In this document: in pieces, positions 19,162-29,535 of the stretch
How positions within the stretch are numbered: position 1 is the stretch's first letter
Layout: every line of letters starts with the position of its first letter
DNA from: an uncultured virus (IMG/VR IMGVR_UViG_3300037483_000643)
Lineage: Duplodnaviria > Heunggongvirae > Uroviricota > Caudoviricetes
Length of the DNA stretch: 64,000 nucleotides
IMG/VR virus record: IMGVR_UViG_3300037483_000643
Direction: 5' to 3' (one strand)
The notes under the pieces: generated by a model
Database searches by the model: none
What the model was told of the DNA's origin: nothing
Seen by the model: only the letters and a program-made list of their open reading frames with translations
Program-made: the position numbers and the translations under genes

Positions 19162-20114
19162 TGACAGACATCATTCACTCGCCTGGATCGCCTATCAGCG
19201 CGTTGGTGCATGCGTGCAAACGTATCGCTGCGCGAGATGCTACTGTGTTCATCGCAGGTGAAACAGGCGTCGGCAAGGAAGTCTTCGCACAGTATATCCA
19301 CGAAAATAGCGCATGTGCGCAAGGTCCGTTCGTGCCTGTGCATTGTGCAGCGATACCAGAAAACTTGATCGAATCGGAGCTGTTCGGACACAAGCGCGGT
19401 GCGTTCACGGATGCGAAATGCGACAAGCCCGGTTTGATCGCGCGTGCGGAAGGGGGCACGCTGTTTCTTGACGAAATCGGCGAGTTGTCGCCAGGTCTTC
19501 AAGTAAAGCTCTTACGCGTCTTGCAAGAGCGCTGTTACGAATCTGTTGGTGCCACTTCATCGACACAAGCTAACTTCCGGCTGGTCACCGCAACGAACAA
19601 AGATCTTGCTGTGGAGGTCGAAACAGGCAAGTTCCGACAAGATCTCTACTACCGTTTGTATGTTTGCCCGATTGAGCTTCCACCATTGCGCAAGCGGCGT
19701 GCAGATATTGAACCGCTATTCCGGCACTTTTGGACTCAGCACGGTGAAACACGCGGTCTAGATCCTGCGATCTTCGATCTGTTCAAGCGGCACAGCTGGC
19801 CTGGCAACGTGCGCGAACTGAAAAACGTGGTTGAACGCCTATCTGCATGCGCAGAAGGCGTAACTATCGAAGTCGAGCATTTGCCTAGTTACCTTCGATT
19901 CGTAGCGACCCCTACTGTACCGGAGATCGTGATCGGCACGAAGATCGAAATCAGCCGACCGATTGACCTTCCCAGAATGCTGCAAGAGCTGGAAGATGCG
20001 TATATCAACGCGGCGCTAACACGCACGGAATGGAACAAGAAGGAAGCCGCCGCGCTGTTAGGTTTAAACCGTACTACGCTAGTTGAGAAACTAAAGAGGC
20101 GCAAATGGCGATAG
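19161..20114 (+). CDS. sigma54-dependent activator (bEBP AAA+ and Fis HTH) without regulatory domain
   Basis: GETGVGKE, ESELFGHKRGAFTDA, LFLDEIGE, FRQDLYYRL, WPGNVRELKN, LGLNRTTLVEKL. Confidence 0.92.
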   Translation: MTDIIHSPGSPISALVHACKRIAARDATVFIAGETGVGKEVFAQYIHENSACAQGPFVPVHCAAIPENLIESELFGHKRGAFTDAKCDKPGLIARAEGGTLFLDEIGELSPGLQVKLLRVLQERCYESVGATSSTQANFRLVTATNKDLAVEVETGKFRQDLYYRLYVCPIELPPLRKRRADIEPLFRHFWTQHGETRGLDPAIFDLFKRHSWPGNVRELKNVVERLSACAEGVTIEVEHLPSYLRFVATPTVPEIVIGTKIEISRPIDLPRMLQELEDAYINAALTRTEWNKKEAAALLGLNRTTLVEKLKRRKWR

Positions 20115-20989
20115 AAGCGGCAAAGTTCATCGTTGTAGCACCACCATACGCCGCTTCGGGTGGCGTGCGCGTGCTGCACAAGCTAAGCGGTACGCTTGCA
20201 CGTTTGGGCTATTGGGCACGACTCGTAATCTTGGACAACGCCGGCCCACGCGCAGCCGAAGTTGGCGACCTTGGAAAAGAAAGCGCTTTGGCACTGTTAG
20301 AAGCTGACGAGGCGGCCATCTCGGAAGCGATCGTCATCTATCCTGAGATCGTCACATCGAACATTCTAGGCGCACGTCGTGTTGTTTGGTATCTGCTGAA
20401 CCGCGACGGCGCGTTGGGACGTGGGAAGATCAGCGCAGGCCCTGACGATTACTTCTTGTCACACTCTACTGGTTTCAGTGATCCACGCACAAATCGTATT
20501 CTTCACTGTGCGGACTTCAACGCCGCGTTTTACCCAAGTGATCCACTTATTCCGCAGGCTGCGCGGCACCTCACGTTGACGTACATAGGAAAAGGTGGGC
20601 TCTACGGACCTTGCTTCCTGGCGCCCGGTTCCGTCGCGATCAGTAACGAGTGGCCCAGGTGCCCTGAAGAGCTAGCGCGTCTACTGCAGGTAACACGCTA
20701 CTTTTTCACGTGGGATGCATGGTCAGCACTCAACACTGAGGCCGTTCTGTGTGGCGCGATGCCTGTCATCATGCGCTGGGCTCCGTGGACGTCGGCAGAT
20801 CTCCAGCGTGACGAGACCGGAGGACTAGTGCCATTCCTCGACTACGGTGAACACGTGTTGGGGGGAGAATGGAAAATGTTGCTCTTTTCGAAACAGCGCA
20901 TGTCGTTGATTCGAGGGATAACCGACCTAGACGCGTCGTGGAATGCTCGCGTCAAAGTGTTCGCGGAAGACGCTATCGCGCACTGGTAG
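20105..20989 (+). CDS. putative glycosyltransferase-like (WavQ-like) protein
   Basis: SGGVRVLHKL, IVIYPEIV..N.LGA.RVVWYLLN, EAVLCGA. Confidence 0.5.
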   Translation: MAIEAAKFIVVAPPYAASGGVRVLHKLSGTLARLGYWARLVILDNAGPRAAEVGDLGKESALALLEADEAAISEAIVIYPEIVTSNILGARRVVWYLLNRDGALGRGKISAGPDDYFLSHSTGFSDPRTNRILHCADFNAAFYPSDPLIPQAARHLTLTYIGKGGLYGPCFLAPGSVAISNEWPRCPEELARLLQVTRYFFTWDAWSALNTEAVLCGAMPVIMRWAPWTSADLQRDETGGLVPFLDYGEHVLGGEWKMLLFSKQRMSLIRGITDLDASWNARVKVFAEDAIAHW

Positions 20990-21002
20990 AAGAGAGGCGC
21001 TG

Positions 21003-21704
21003 ATGACACCACTAGACGCAATACGTCAGGCTGCACATGCACCACGACTCGACGCCGACACTGAACGTTCGCTCGCAATTCTTGCACAAGCTGGCGACTC
21101 CAGCGCCGCGCGCAAGGTCGTAGAATCGAATCTCAGTTGGGTGATCTCGTCAGCGTTCAAGTACAAGCGGCGAGGTGTAGACGACACGACGTTTCAAGAT
21201 CTTGTGTCGGAGGGCACGCTAGGGCTGTATCACGCACTCGACAAGTTCGATCCGTATCGGAACAATAGGTTTAGCACATACGCGCTGCCGTGGGTGCGTG
21301 TGAAGATGCAGAAGGTGCTGATGCTGGTCAACAAGGATTCAGCGATGTGCGTGCCGATGGAATCGGGTGTGTCGGCGCACGGCATGCACGCTACGGTTGA
21401 CGATAGTGGGGGACAAGGCGCCAAGCTGATCAACGTCTTGGAAGACAGGGCCCCCTCACCAGAAGAGGCCGTTGCCGCCGCTCGCCGATCAGCGGCAGTC
21501 CAGTGCGTGCTGCAGGAGTTGCGTCTGAAGCCCCACGATCACGACCTGATCGAGCACCGCCTGTCGGTCGGTGCGTTGGAGCGCGATTCACTCGAAGCTA
21601 TCGGCAAGCGGCACAACATCACGCGAGAAGGTGTCCGACAGCGCGAGCTGCGCTTGAAGAAGCTGTTGCGCCAACACTGCCGCAAACTGCGGGAGGAAGT
21701 ATAG
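21003..21704 (+). CDS. sigma70-family (RpoH-like) RNA polymerase sigma factor
   Basis: Region 2 DLVSEGTLGLYHALDKFDP..RFSTYA; region 4 SLEAIGKRHNITREGVRQ. Confidence 0.85.
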   Translation: MTPLDAIRQAAHAPRLDADTERSLAILAQAGDSSAARKVVESNLSWVISSAFKYKRRGVDDTTFQDLVSEGTLGLYHALDKFDPYRNNRFSTYALPWVRVKMQKVLMLVNKDSAMCVPMESGVSAHGMHATVDDSGGQGAKLINVLEDRAPSPEEAVAAARRSAAVQCVLQELRLKPHDHDLIEHRLSVGALERDSLEAIGKRHNITREGVRQRELRLKKLLRQHCRKLREEV

Positions 21705-22298
21705 ATGAGCAACTATTGGGATGTGCGGTGTCTCGACTGCAAGTCAGATCTCGGAATAGACAATGCGAATCATGCGGTTGATCTCATGCGCTTGATCATT
21801 ATGCACGCAAAGGCCATCGCAGCACTCGCTCCGTTCCTGAAAGAAACCGATCGTATTGGCTACAACATTGACTTCAGCTTCGGGAGTGGGTGCCGCATTC
21901 AGGTTGCGTGGTTTGTAGTGCATGCCGCTCATCATCTTGTGCCAGTTGACGAATACGGCACGTTAGATGGTGAATGCGGCGTGCGCGTGGCTTGTTCTGT
22001 TTGCGGCAAGGATGACCACTGTCGACTAGCACAGGGGCACACAGGCGATCATGCGGGGAGCCCTATATGAACACAAACGACAGCAACTCTGCGAAGTACG
22101 GCGAGTTGTACCGACGTTGCCAGTGCGGTAAGCACGGCTTCACACCGGAGATCTGGGCCATGTTTGGCCCTGAGATCTACACGCCGTCTGGAGAGCACAG
22201 CGTCAGCGTGTGTCGTGAAGTTGTCATGCTCCCTGACGAGCTGTCGGCGCGTTGCAAAGTCGCTGCCGGCACACTGACTACCTACAACGGGAACTGAC

Positions 22299-22697
22299 AT
22301 GGCCATGATCTACATCATCGAATCGCCGTTTGCGGCGAGCGCTGAACGCACCCAAGAAGAGCACCGGATCCACGCTCTCAAGCTGTGTCGCGCCGTTGCG
22401 CTGGCACATCCTGGCGCGGTTGTGTTCGCGTCCCACGCTTACATTCCGCTGTTTCTCTTCGAGTCAGACGCTAGGGAACGCGGCATGGGGATCGAGATGC
22501 AGATCTCCATGCGCCAGCTAGCGCTGCGCGCGACGCATACCGACTATGGCGACGTTTATGAAGGCAAGATCCTCGTCTGGGATGACTGGGGGATCAGCAA
22601 CGGAATGGCGAAAGGACTGCGCGGCACCCCTGCGTTCTATCACACGCGCGGCGAAGTGCCCGAGTGGAATGATCTCGACACGATCACGCTTCCCTAG
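22299..22697 (+). CDS. nucleoside-deoxyribosyltransferase-like fold hypothetical protein
   Basis: IIESPFA...FASHAYIP...GISNGM pattern common in phages. Confidence 0.45.
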   Translation: MAMIYIIESPFAASAERTQEEHRIHALKLCRAVALAHPGAVVFASHAYIPLFLFESDARERGMGIEMQISMRQLALRATHTDYGDVYEGKILVWDDWGISNGMAKGLRGTPAFYHTRGEVPEWNDLDTITLP

Positions 22698-23836
22698 CGT
22701 TTCGTTTCCGATGAAGGCACTTTGATCGCCGACGCCGATCCGCGCGCAACCGGATCGGCTGCGCGGTAATACCGCTGCAGCGTCGTTGCTGATCGGTGCC
22801 CTGTTTGCGCCATGATTCGTGCAGTGGGCACATCCTGTAATATTGCTTCGGTGATGTGCCCTGCTCTTAGGCTGTGCCCACCGTACTTCTTAGGGTCGAG
22901 CCCTGCCGCTCTAGCTAGTTGCTTTACGATCCGTGCCACTTCCTGCGCGTGCAGCGCAGTGCGCCGGATGACACCTTGTGCAGTGAATCCTCGAAAGATT
23001 GGACCTGTAGTGTGTCCAGCGTTGGTGAGTTCTGACATCCACGCGTCTAGTGCCTCGACAGGGCACAGCTCGCCACCCTTGCGATCGAAGCCCCGCCACA
23101 TCCCTTCGCCTTCTTGATCGGTCTTTGATCGTCCAGTGTGCAACGCGATGCCGCCGCCACGCACCGTTTTCACATCATCAAACTGCAGCGCGACCAACTC
23201 ACTGCGGCGCATGGACGTCCACCACCCGACGAGAATCACCGCAGCATCTCTCTTGCCGACCAACTGATTTCTGTCGATCTGTGCGACTAGCGCTTGTAGC
23301 TCTTCCATCACGGCTGCTGTCTTGGCATCATGCGGTGCAACGCCTGCCGTCTGCCGTAGGACGGCCCATGCGTCTAGTACCAGCACATGACGTGTGGGCG
23401 GTGGATCGTACCCCGCTAGACGATGAACACGCGCACACGCACTAATTGCATGATTCACTTCTGCTAGACTCCACGCGGACGTGTCACGTGATGCGTGCTT
23501 CCCCCACCGCCGATCTCTGAGGTGGCGCGTGGCGTATTCGAGGAACAACACTAGAGAGGCTGGCTCAACGGGAACAGGACGCAGACCGCTCTGTGTGAGC
23601 CACCCCCGGAGTCGATTCCAGGCGCGGTCGTACGCGCGCCGCGTGGCTGGCGCGTACTTCCGTTGCAAGAACGCCTTGACCCGATCGCGCTCGACGTCAG
23701 AGAGGCGTGCGAGCGGCCCAACTGGCTGTGGGGGCAGCTCGGCCAGCTCGGCCAGCACGACGGTGGGCACGATCGCGAACGGCTCATCAGGCTCGGCGAC
23801 GTCGGGGAACACATCATCAGGGGGCAGCTTGGCCAT
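22694..23836 (-). CDS. Cre-like tyrosine recombinase/resolvase
   Basis: RRSEL, RSKTDQ, HSLRAGH, QTGHRS, RYYR catalytic set plus N-terminal SAM-like domain. Confidence 0.9.
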   Translation of the reverse strand: MAKLPPDDVFPDVAEPDEPFAIVPTVVLAELAELPPQPVGPLARLSDVERDRVKAFLQRKYAPATRRAYDRAWNRLRGWLTQSGLRPVPVEPASLVLFLEYATRHLRDRRWGKHASRDTSAWSLAEVNHAISACARVHRLAGYDPPPTRHVLVLDAWAVLRQTAGVAPHDAKTAAVMEELQALVAQIDRNQLVGKRDAAVILVGWWTSMRRSELVALQFDDVKTVRGGGIALHTGRSKTDQEGEGMWRGFDRKGGELCPVEALDAWMSELTNAGHTTGPIFRGFTAQGVIRRTALHAQEVARIVKQLARAAGLDPKKYGGHSLRAGHITEAILQDVPTARIMAQTGHRSATTLQRYYRAADPVARGSASAIKVPSSETKR

Positions 23837-23876
23837 GATCGAACTCTACCGCGCCGCCGGCCGCCCCACAAGGGAA

Positions 23877-23894
23877 TGATACTGGCCCTTATCA
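23877..23894. promoter_or_regulatory. candidate recombinase core site TGATAC-N6-TTATCA
   Basis: Imperfect inverted repeat with 6-bp spacer in the AT-rich intergenic region upstream of the recombinase. Confidence 0.4.
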
Positions 23895-23938
23895 GCTATA
23901 AGGTGTAAGTGCCCGTAATTACTGGGGAATTTGCCTAC

Positions 23939-23967
23939 TTGACCCCCACTGCGCTGTGCGGTACGCT
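23939..23967 (+). promoter_or_regulatory. sigma70-like promoter TTGACC-N17-TACGCT
   Basis: Upstream of a run of small CxxC ORFs; GGAGG RBS follows. Confidence 0.5.
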
Positions 23968-24968
23968 TTAAACGGCTCGGGAGGAGCACACCACATGGCC
24001 AAGACTGAAGAGCTGATTCACCTGCAGACGTTCCACATGGAAGACGGCGCGTATGTTGGCGGTGCGTCGTACTGCGGCCTTCCTGTCGATACCGGCCCCG
24101 ACTGGATGCGCGGAAACATGCGCCGCGCGACGTGCATGGAGTGCTACAGGCGCTTCGTGCGCAGCGATCCGGCTCCGGTGAAGAAGTCCAACAAGCGGAA
24201 GTAGAGAGGGAACCATGGCGCGCATCGACCCAAAAAGCATCACGTGCCCGCGCTGTGGTGCGCTGCCAGGGCACCCGTGCCGCCGCCGCAACGTCAAGAC
24301 GCTGCTCCCCGAGGTGTGCCAGCGCACGCACCACGAACGCGTCACCGCCGAAGGGGTCCACGCTGCGCAAGTGGAGCTGCGAAGGGTGCGAGGAGCCTGT
24401 AAACGTACGCGTCGCGCGTGGCCTCGACTTCGCCGCTACCTGTGACCACTGCGGTAAATCGTTCGTCCCGATGGAGTGAGGGGGGAGATATGACAGCATC
24501 CAAGGCGGTGCGCGTCGTGATGAAGTGCGTCGTCTGCCGAACAGAGATCCTGTTCCGGCAGGCGGCAGTACAGACGGGACACATCGACTGCCCCGTCTGC
24601 CGCGCCAGGCGCCGCGCCTACTTCGTGCGCGAAACCAACATCCCAGACGAAGAGGTGGTGCACGATGTCTGATCAACGAGGAGTGCAAATGCCAGAACCC
24701 AAGATGCTTGTGGTGATGAAGTGTAACACTTGTCAAAAAGCGCAAGCCGCGAATCATCGATACGTTGCGCAAGAAGTTCCCTGACCTGACCTGGCGGTAC
24801 GAGTGGCCGTCCAAGTGGATCTCGTCGGCAGGGTGGTCAGTGCAAGCGTTCTCGCGCTGTGAGATCAGCGCAAGCGGAGGAGAGATCTACTCTAGCGAGT
24901 ACAGGCGCAGCGACACCCGTAATGCAGTGTACGGGCTGGAACACGGCAGCTTCGTGGAGTTTATCTAA

Positions 24969-25445
24969 ATGTCAAACGTGCTCAAGAAGCCCGAAGTGGT
25001 GGAGGAGACGGAGATCGCCGGTCGTACGGTCGGCGAGTGGGCAACAGAGCTGCACAAGCGTGGCGAGGATGCCAAGACCGAAGCGTTCTTGCGCGGCAAG
25101 CCGTTCCCAGTCGAAGACCTGGCAGACATGCCGCCGGAAGTGCTCGCGATGGTGTGGCGGTGGGAGCGCGCCGGTAGGCCCACACGCCGATCGCGCTTTG
25201 AAGCTGTGGTTGGAACGCGCGAGCGCGAAGCGACACGGCTGGAGGCCGAAGCTGCAGGAGATGAAAGCACCGCTACCGTGCTGGAGAATGCGCCGGCCAT
25301 AACCGGCCCCGGTGCGGCGCAGAAGACCGCACGGCGCATGACAGAGATCGCGAAGCTGCGCAAGGTGGCCACGAACGCACGCGCACGCGCGGCAGCTCTA
25401 CGGGCCGAGGCTGCCGAGCTGCGCGCCGCCGTTACTAGGGAATAG
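24969..25445 (+). CDS. hypothetical protein, last gene of the + arm
   Basis: RBS GGAG; converges on the - strand virion arm. Confidence 0.5.
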   Translation: MSNVLKKPEVVEETEIAGRTVGEWATELHKRGEDAKTEAFLRGKPFPVEDLADMPPEVLAMVWRWERAGRPTRRSRFEAVVGTREREATRLEAEAAGDESTATVLENAPAITGPGAAQKTARRMTEIAKLRKVATNARARAAALRAEAAELRAAVTRE

Positions 25446-26463
25446 TCACACGCTTGGACGCCATCCCCTGGTAGTTGCCTGCGGGAAGTGTTCGTTCGGT
25501 CCACGTCACGCCGTCCGGTGAAGTGAACGCCTTGCTATCCGATGATCCCATGCAGAAAACCGAGCCGTTCCACGTGGCAGAAAACAGACTCCCGACGTTC
25601 ACGGTGGGAAGGGTCACCATCGACCACGTGATCCCATCCGGCGAAGTCGCCAGGCTTGTATTTGCCGTGCCTGCCGTGCCGGTGCCACCCGAGACGAATA
25701 GTGATCCGTTCGTGGTCAGCGAATAGATCCCGCTCGTGATCGCCGGTGGCGTTCGGAGAGTCCAGGCGATCCCGTTCGCTGATGTCGCCGCGGTGTTCGG
25801 AGATGGCCCTACCCCAACGAACTGCGTCCCGTCCCAGGCATACGCGCGGTATGTGCCGGTTCCGGGGAGGAAGTTATCCGCCCAGTTGATCCCGTCTGTG
25901 GACGATCCCCCGCGCTCGAACGAGGCGCTGCCGAATCCGCCCACCACGAAAAGGCCAAGATCCGGTGACCAGGCGAGCCCGTAACCGACAGAAACGAACC
26001 CCGGAAGATTAGGCCCAGCCGTCCACGTGATCCCGTCCGCAGATCGTGAAACCTGCTGATTGCTTCCGGTCGCGACGAAGAGGCCCAGATCATCGGACCA
26101 TTTCACGTTCTCCTTGGCCCCGGTGATCGCCCGCGATGTCCATATGAGACCATCGGGCGAAGACGCCGCGCCGAGACCGCCCACGGCCGCCCATACAGAA
26201 CCGTTCCATGCAGCCGACTTCATGTTGTCTACAGGGAAAGTACCGGCAGTCCAAGTTTCTCCATCATCGAGTGAGAGTGCAGAAACCTGCCCCGTAGCGC
26301 TGACAGCTAAGATCGGATCACCGACTGTTGCGCCGCTTACCGGACCTTGACCAAATGTACGCGACGCGCTAAACGTTTTGCTCGGAGATGACGCAAATAG
26401 CGACGCGTGTACGCTGTGCGGCAACCAACAGACAAGTGTACAAACCAACAGAAGTAGTCTCAT
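25435..26463 (-). CDS. secreted Asp-box beta-propeller protein (receptor-binding candidate)
   Basis: Signal peptide (VHA-S) and about 7 S-x-D-G-x-x-W repeats. Confidence 0.7.
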   Translation of the reverse strand: MRLLLLVCTLVCWLPHSVHASLFASSPSKTFSASRTFGQGPVSGATVGDPILAVSATGQVSALSLDDGETWTAGTFPVDNMKSAAWNGSVWAAVGGLGAASSPDGLIWTSRAITGAKENVKWSDDLGLFVATGSNQQVSRSADGITWTAGPNLPGFVSVGYGLAWSPDLGLFVVGGFGSASFERGGSSTDGINWADNFLPGTGTYRAYAWDGTQFVGVGPSPNTAATSANGIAWTLRTPPAITSGIYSLTTNGSLFVSGGTGTAGTANTSLATSPDGITWSMVTLPTVNVGSLFSATWNGSVFCMGSSDSKAFTSPDGVTWTERTLPAGNYQGMASKRVTIP

Positions 26464-26467
26464 TGTT

Positions 26468-27769
26468 TTACCCGCTGAACAGCTCTAGCCAAGAGATTGT
26501 GGCATCGCACGTCTGGGCAACACCCGACGAAGTGGCAGATACGGTAAGTGTGTCACCTGGGTTCAGGATGACATCCAATCCCGACAAGTCGATCACTACC
26601 GTCGCTCCTGTAGCGTTTGACGGTAGTGTCGTTCTTGAGACCAGACGCCCGCCAGTGATCGTTGTGCCCGCGGTGTCCGTTGCGGCAACTGAGGTGTTGG
26701 TGTCGAACGCTGTGTAAGACGGAGAACCGCCTAGTGTCGTATTCAACACTGCGCGAAACACTGCGTTCGCCGTTCCTGTAGCGTTCGTCAGCACGAGCTG
26801 CATCACTTTGACGCGTACCTTGTTCGTTGCACTGAACGCGGTAGTGAGATTCTGCAACGAGATAAGGCTAAGCTCGGTCGTGACAGCTTTGGAGTTGCCC
26901 GCCGCGCCAGGTGCCCCACGAACGCCGTCCGGTGCTGGCGAAGGGCCACCCTCACGGTAGGCCCCCATCGATCCGATCTTGACGGTCAAGTTGGTAGTAT
27001 TTCCGCTGTTGACAACCCGAGCGTGCAGCGGCAGCGTTGGATTCAGAATGCGCGGAGACGTAACACCGGCAGAGACGACGTGAAACAACACCCACTTGCC
27101 ATTCAGTGCATCGAAGACGTAGTATTTGACGGGCCCGGCACCGTGCCAACCGAACGCGATCTTGAAGAGCGTTAGGTTGGTAGTGGTCAGCGTGACCCGA
27201 GACGGGCCGGTGCCGTCGAGCGGATCGATACTCCAGCTTGTGCGTGCTGTGAACGTGTCGGCACCGCCCTTACGAAGAAACGTCCCGAAGGTCGCGCCCT
27301 GGCAGCCGACGAAGAGGCCATCGTTGGCGTCGCCTAGTCCAACTTCTTGCTGGGAAGATGCGACGCAAGTTGTGTAGAGCGCTGTGAACGACACGAAGAC
27401 GCCTGTACCTGCAACGTACCGAACTGCCGAACGAGATTCGATCTGCGCAGATCCGTTGTTGGTTGTCGATGTCTGCAACACAGCCATGGAACCGCTCTGA
27501 GTTGCGGTGCCACTGTTCGCAGTCGTACTCGTAACGAAGTACGAATTGATCGCGTAGTTGAAGTCGAGTGAAACGATCGGCACCTTCTCTGAAACTTGAG
27601 TCTCACCGAACGCTGTCAAACTTGTAGTTGGAGACTCAGCTACAACGCGCCATGGTGGGTAATTCGGCTGTGATGCAGCACCTTGATCAGCGGTGATGCC
27701 GGCGTAGGCTGGAACTGTGAACAGTAAAGCTAGTGTTAGCAGAAATTGACGCTGCATCGTGATCTCCAC
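26468..27769 (-). CDS. secreted beta-rich virion/spike protein
   Basis: MQRQFLLTLALLFTVPAYA signal peptide; Thr/Gly/Ser-rich beta content. Confidence 0.6.
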   Translation of the reverse strand: MEITMQRQFLLTLALLFTVPAYAGITADQGAASQPNYPPWRVVAESPTTSLTAFGETQVSEKVPIVSLDFNYAINSYFVTSTTANSGTATQSGSMAVLQTSTTNNGSAQIESRSAVRYVAGTGVFVSFTALYTTCVASSQQEVGLGDANDGLFVGCQGATFGTFLRKGGADTFTARTSWSIDPLDGTGPSRVTLTTTNLTLFKIAFGWHGAGPVKYYVFDALNGKWVLFHVVSAGVTSPRILNPTLPLHARVVNSGNTTNLTVKIGSMGAYREGGPSPAPDGVRGAPGAAGNSKAVTTELSLISLQNLTTAFSATNKVRVKVMQLVLTNATGTANAVFRAVLNTTLGGSPSYTAFDTNTSVAATDTAGTTITGGRLVSRTTLPSNATGATVVIDLSGLDVILNPGDTLTVSATSSGVAQTCDATISWLELFSG

Positions 27770-27771
27770 GT

Positions 27772-27808
27772 GAAAGGGCGCGGTAGGAGATAACTCCTAA
27801 CCGCGCCC
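27772..27808 (-). terminator. GC-rich hairpin, probable intrinsic terminator
   Basis: GGGCGCGGT-AGGAG / CTCCT-A-ACCGCGCCC stem followed by TTTC on the - strand. Confidence 0.45.
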
Positions 27809-27842
27809 CGTGAACCGCGCACGAGCGCGGGAGACGTAGATC

Positions 27843-27971
27843 CTACCGCCGACGCTTCTTGTGCAGCCGGCAGAGGCCCTTGCGGGGACCTGACTTCACC
27901 TTGCCGTGCTTGCACTTCGACGCCTTGGTGCGGGGATGGAAGAAGTACACAGACTTGCGCCGCTTGGCCAT
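27843..27971 (-). CDS. 42-aa very basic protamine-like peptide (not in ORF track)
   Basis: MAKRRKSVYFFHPRTKASKCKHGKVKSGPRKGLCRLHKKRRR; RBS AAGAGG. Confidence 0.6.
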   Translation of the reverse strand: MAKRRKSVYFFHPRTKASKCKHGKVKSGPRKGLCRLHKKRRR

Positions 27972-28021
27972 GATCGCCTCTTTCTCTAGCTAGAGTTTCT
28001 GTTTAAACACCACGTCCACCA

Positions 28022-28528
28022 CTACCGCCGACGACGCTTGCCACCCTTCTGCTGCGAACCGAGAAACAGCGCAGTGCCAAGAAGCGCCACACCGACGATC
28101 GCAATCGTGGTCGGCGAGATCCCCGACGCTGCGCCTGCAGTTGCAACACTGCTGCCTGGCAAGCTGCCCGGCAAGCTGCCGCCACCTGACGTCGAGCTGC
28201 CGCCTGACGTGCTGCCGCCAGACGGAGGCCGCACCGTGCCGCCACTAGATCCGCCAGAGCTGCCAGGAGCAACAGGAACGTTGAGGCCCTGTTCAAGTGC
28301 CTGTCCCCACAGCGCTGTCGTGAACGTCGCGTCGACTGCGCCAGCATAAGTGACGTCAGAAGCCGGCGGTAGGTTGTTGAGCTGGCGGAAGTCTGAGACG
28401 GCGCCGAATGTGTTGTTGCCCCACAGACCGTCGATCGCGCCAGGATAGTATCCGAGATTCGTCAAGATCCACTGCAGCGTCCAGACTGCAGGATTGTAGG
28501 CGCCGAACGCCCCTAGTGAAACGTTCAT
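28022..28528 (-). CDS. peptidoglycan-binding domain protein with C-terminal membrane anchor
   Basis: LQWILTNLGYYPGAIDGLWGNNTFGAVSDFRQ (PG_binding_1-like), Gly/Ser linker, TM, basic tail. Confidence 0.75.
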   Translation of the reverse strand: MNVSLGAFGAYNPAVWTLQWILTNLGYYPGAIDGLWGNNTFGAVSDFRQLNNLPPASDVTYAGAVDATFTTALWGQALEQGLNVPVAPGSSGGSSGGTVRPPSGGSTSGGSSTSGGGSLPGSLPGSSVATAGAASGISPTTIAIVGVALLGTALFLGSQQKGGKRRRR

Positions 28529-28529
28529 G

Positions 28530-28847
28530 TTACAGTCCCTCCGATGATGGCATGATGCAGACGCCGTTCACGCGATCCCAGAAACCGCCTGCCGTTGCAC
28601 ACTGCACCTTGGCCGGAATTGCATCTGGCGCTTCACATTGCTGAGTGGTGTAATTCCAGTATCCGCCATTCTGTGCGCATGCCACCTTGTCTGGCAACAG
28701 CGAATCGTAGCCAACTTGCAGTATACCACTGCTCGCTGCAACAGCTTGTGTAGCTGGCACGACGCTAGATGCCGACTTGCGCCGGATGAAGAAGTACCAC
28801 ACGGCAGCGCCGGCACCACCCAAGATCAGCAGATCGCGCGTTCTCAT
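28530..28847 (-). CDS. small membrane protein with two Cys repeats
   Basis: N-terminal TM; KVACAQNGGYWN / KVQCATAGGFWD. Confidence 0.6.
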   Translation of the reverse strand: MRTRDLLILGGAGAAVWYFFIRRKSASSVVPATQAVAASSGILQVGYDSLLPDKVACAQNGGYWNYTTQQCEAPDAIPAKVQCATAGGFWDRVNGVCIMPSSEGL

Positions 28848-29234
28848 ACCTTATAGTCCCGTCGTTACGTCCACATCGCGCCGCTATTGGAAGGAGCACC
28901 AACGACAGTGGGCATATTGTCGGATGTGTCGAGGTACTGTACAGGCGGCAGCGTCATGCGCGTTGGCGTACCAGGCGGAATCGCCGCAGCAGACGATTTC
29001 TTCGACTTCCACCACAAGTAGGCGAGAAGTCCAGCACCGCCAACGAGTAGAAGCGTCTGTAGCGTTTTCTTGTTTGTACGTGTCATGTTAGATCTTGCCC
29101 TTCCACATCGCCCACGCGGCGAGCAGTGCGAGACCAGCAATCACAAGTCCCGGCTTCCACACAGACGGTAGCGGTGTTGGCGGCGGTGCAGTTGGAGTAG
29201 TGTCACTCAATGCAATCATCGCAGCCTCCTACTT

Positions 29235-29519
29235 TCAGCGCAGTTCCCTGGCGAGGTCAAGAAGCGCAAGTCGCACGGCAACAGTTGGGCTTGCTCCGAC
29301 ACCCGAGGCGCACCGGCCCTTGCGCGGGAGGGGGCCACGGTGCCCGACGCAGACCGTCGCGCCGTACGATCCTGACGTAGTGCGATGCACGCGCGCCTTG
29401 ATCGGCACATCCTTGGAGGCCCATCCCTTGCGCGTCCAGACGTTTCTGGCCGCCGTCGAAACACGCGTGCTGTCGTGTTTCACACCACCAAGACGCCTTT
29501 TCCGCTTTCTAGCTGCCAT
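29235..29519 (-). CDS. basic paralog family A member
   Basis: YGATVC...CASGVGASPTVAVRLAL. Confidence 0.65.
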   Translation of the reverse strand: MAARKRKRRLGGVKHDSTRVSTAARNVWTRKGWASKDVPIKARVHRTTSGSYGATVCVGHRGPLPRKGRCASGVGASPTVAVRLALLDLARELR

Positions 29520-29535
29520 CTTGATCTGTCTCCGG

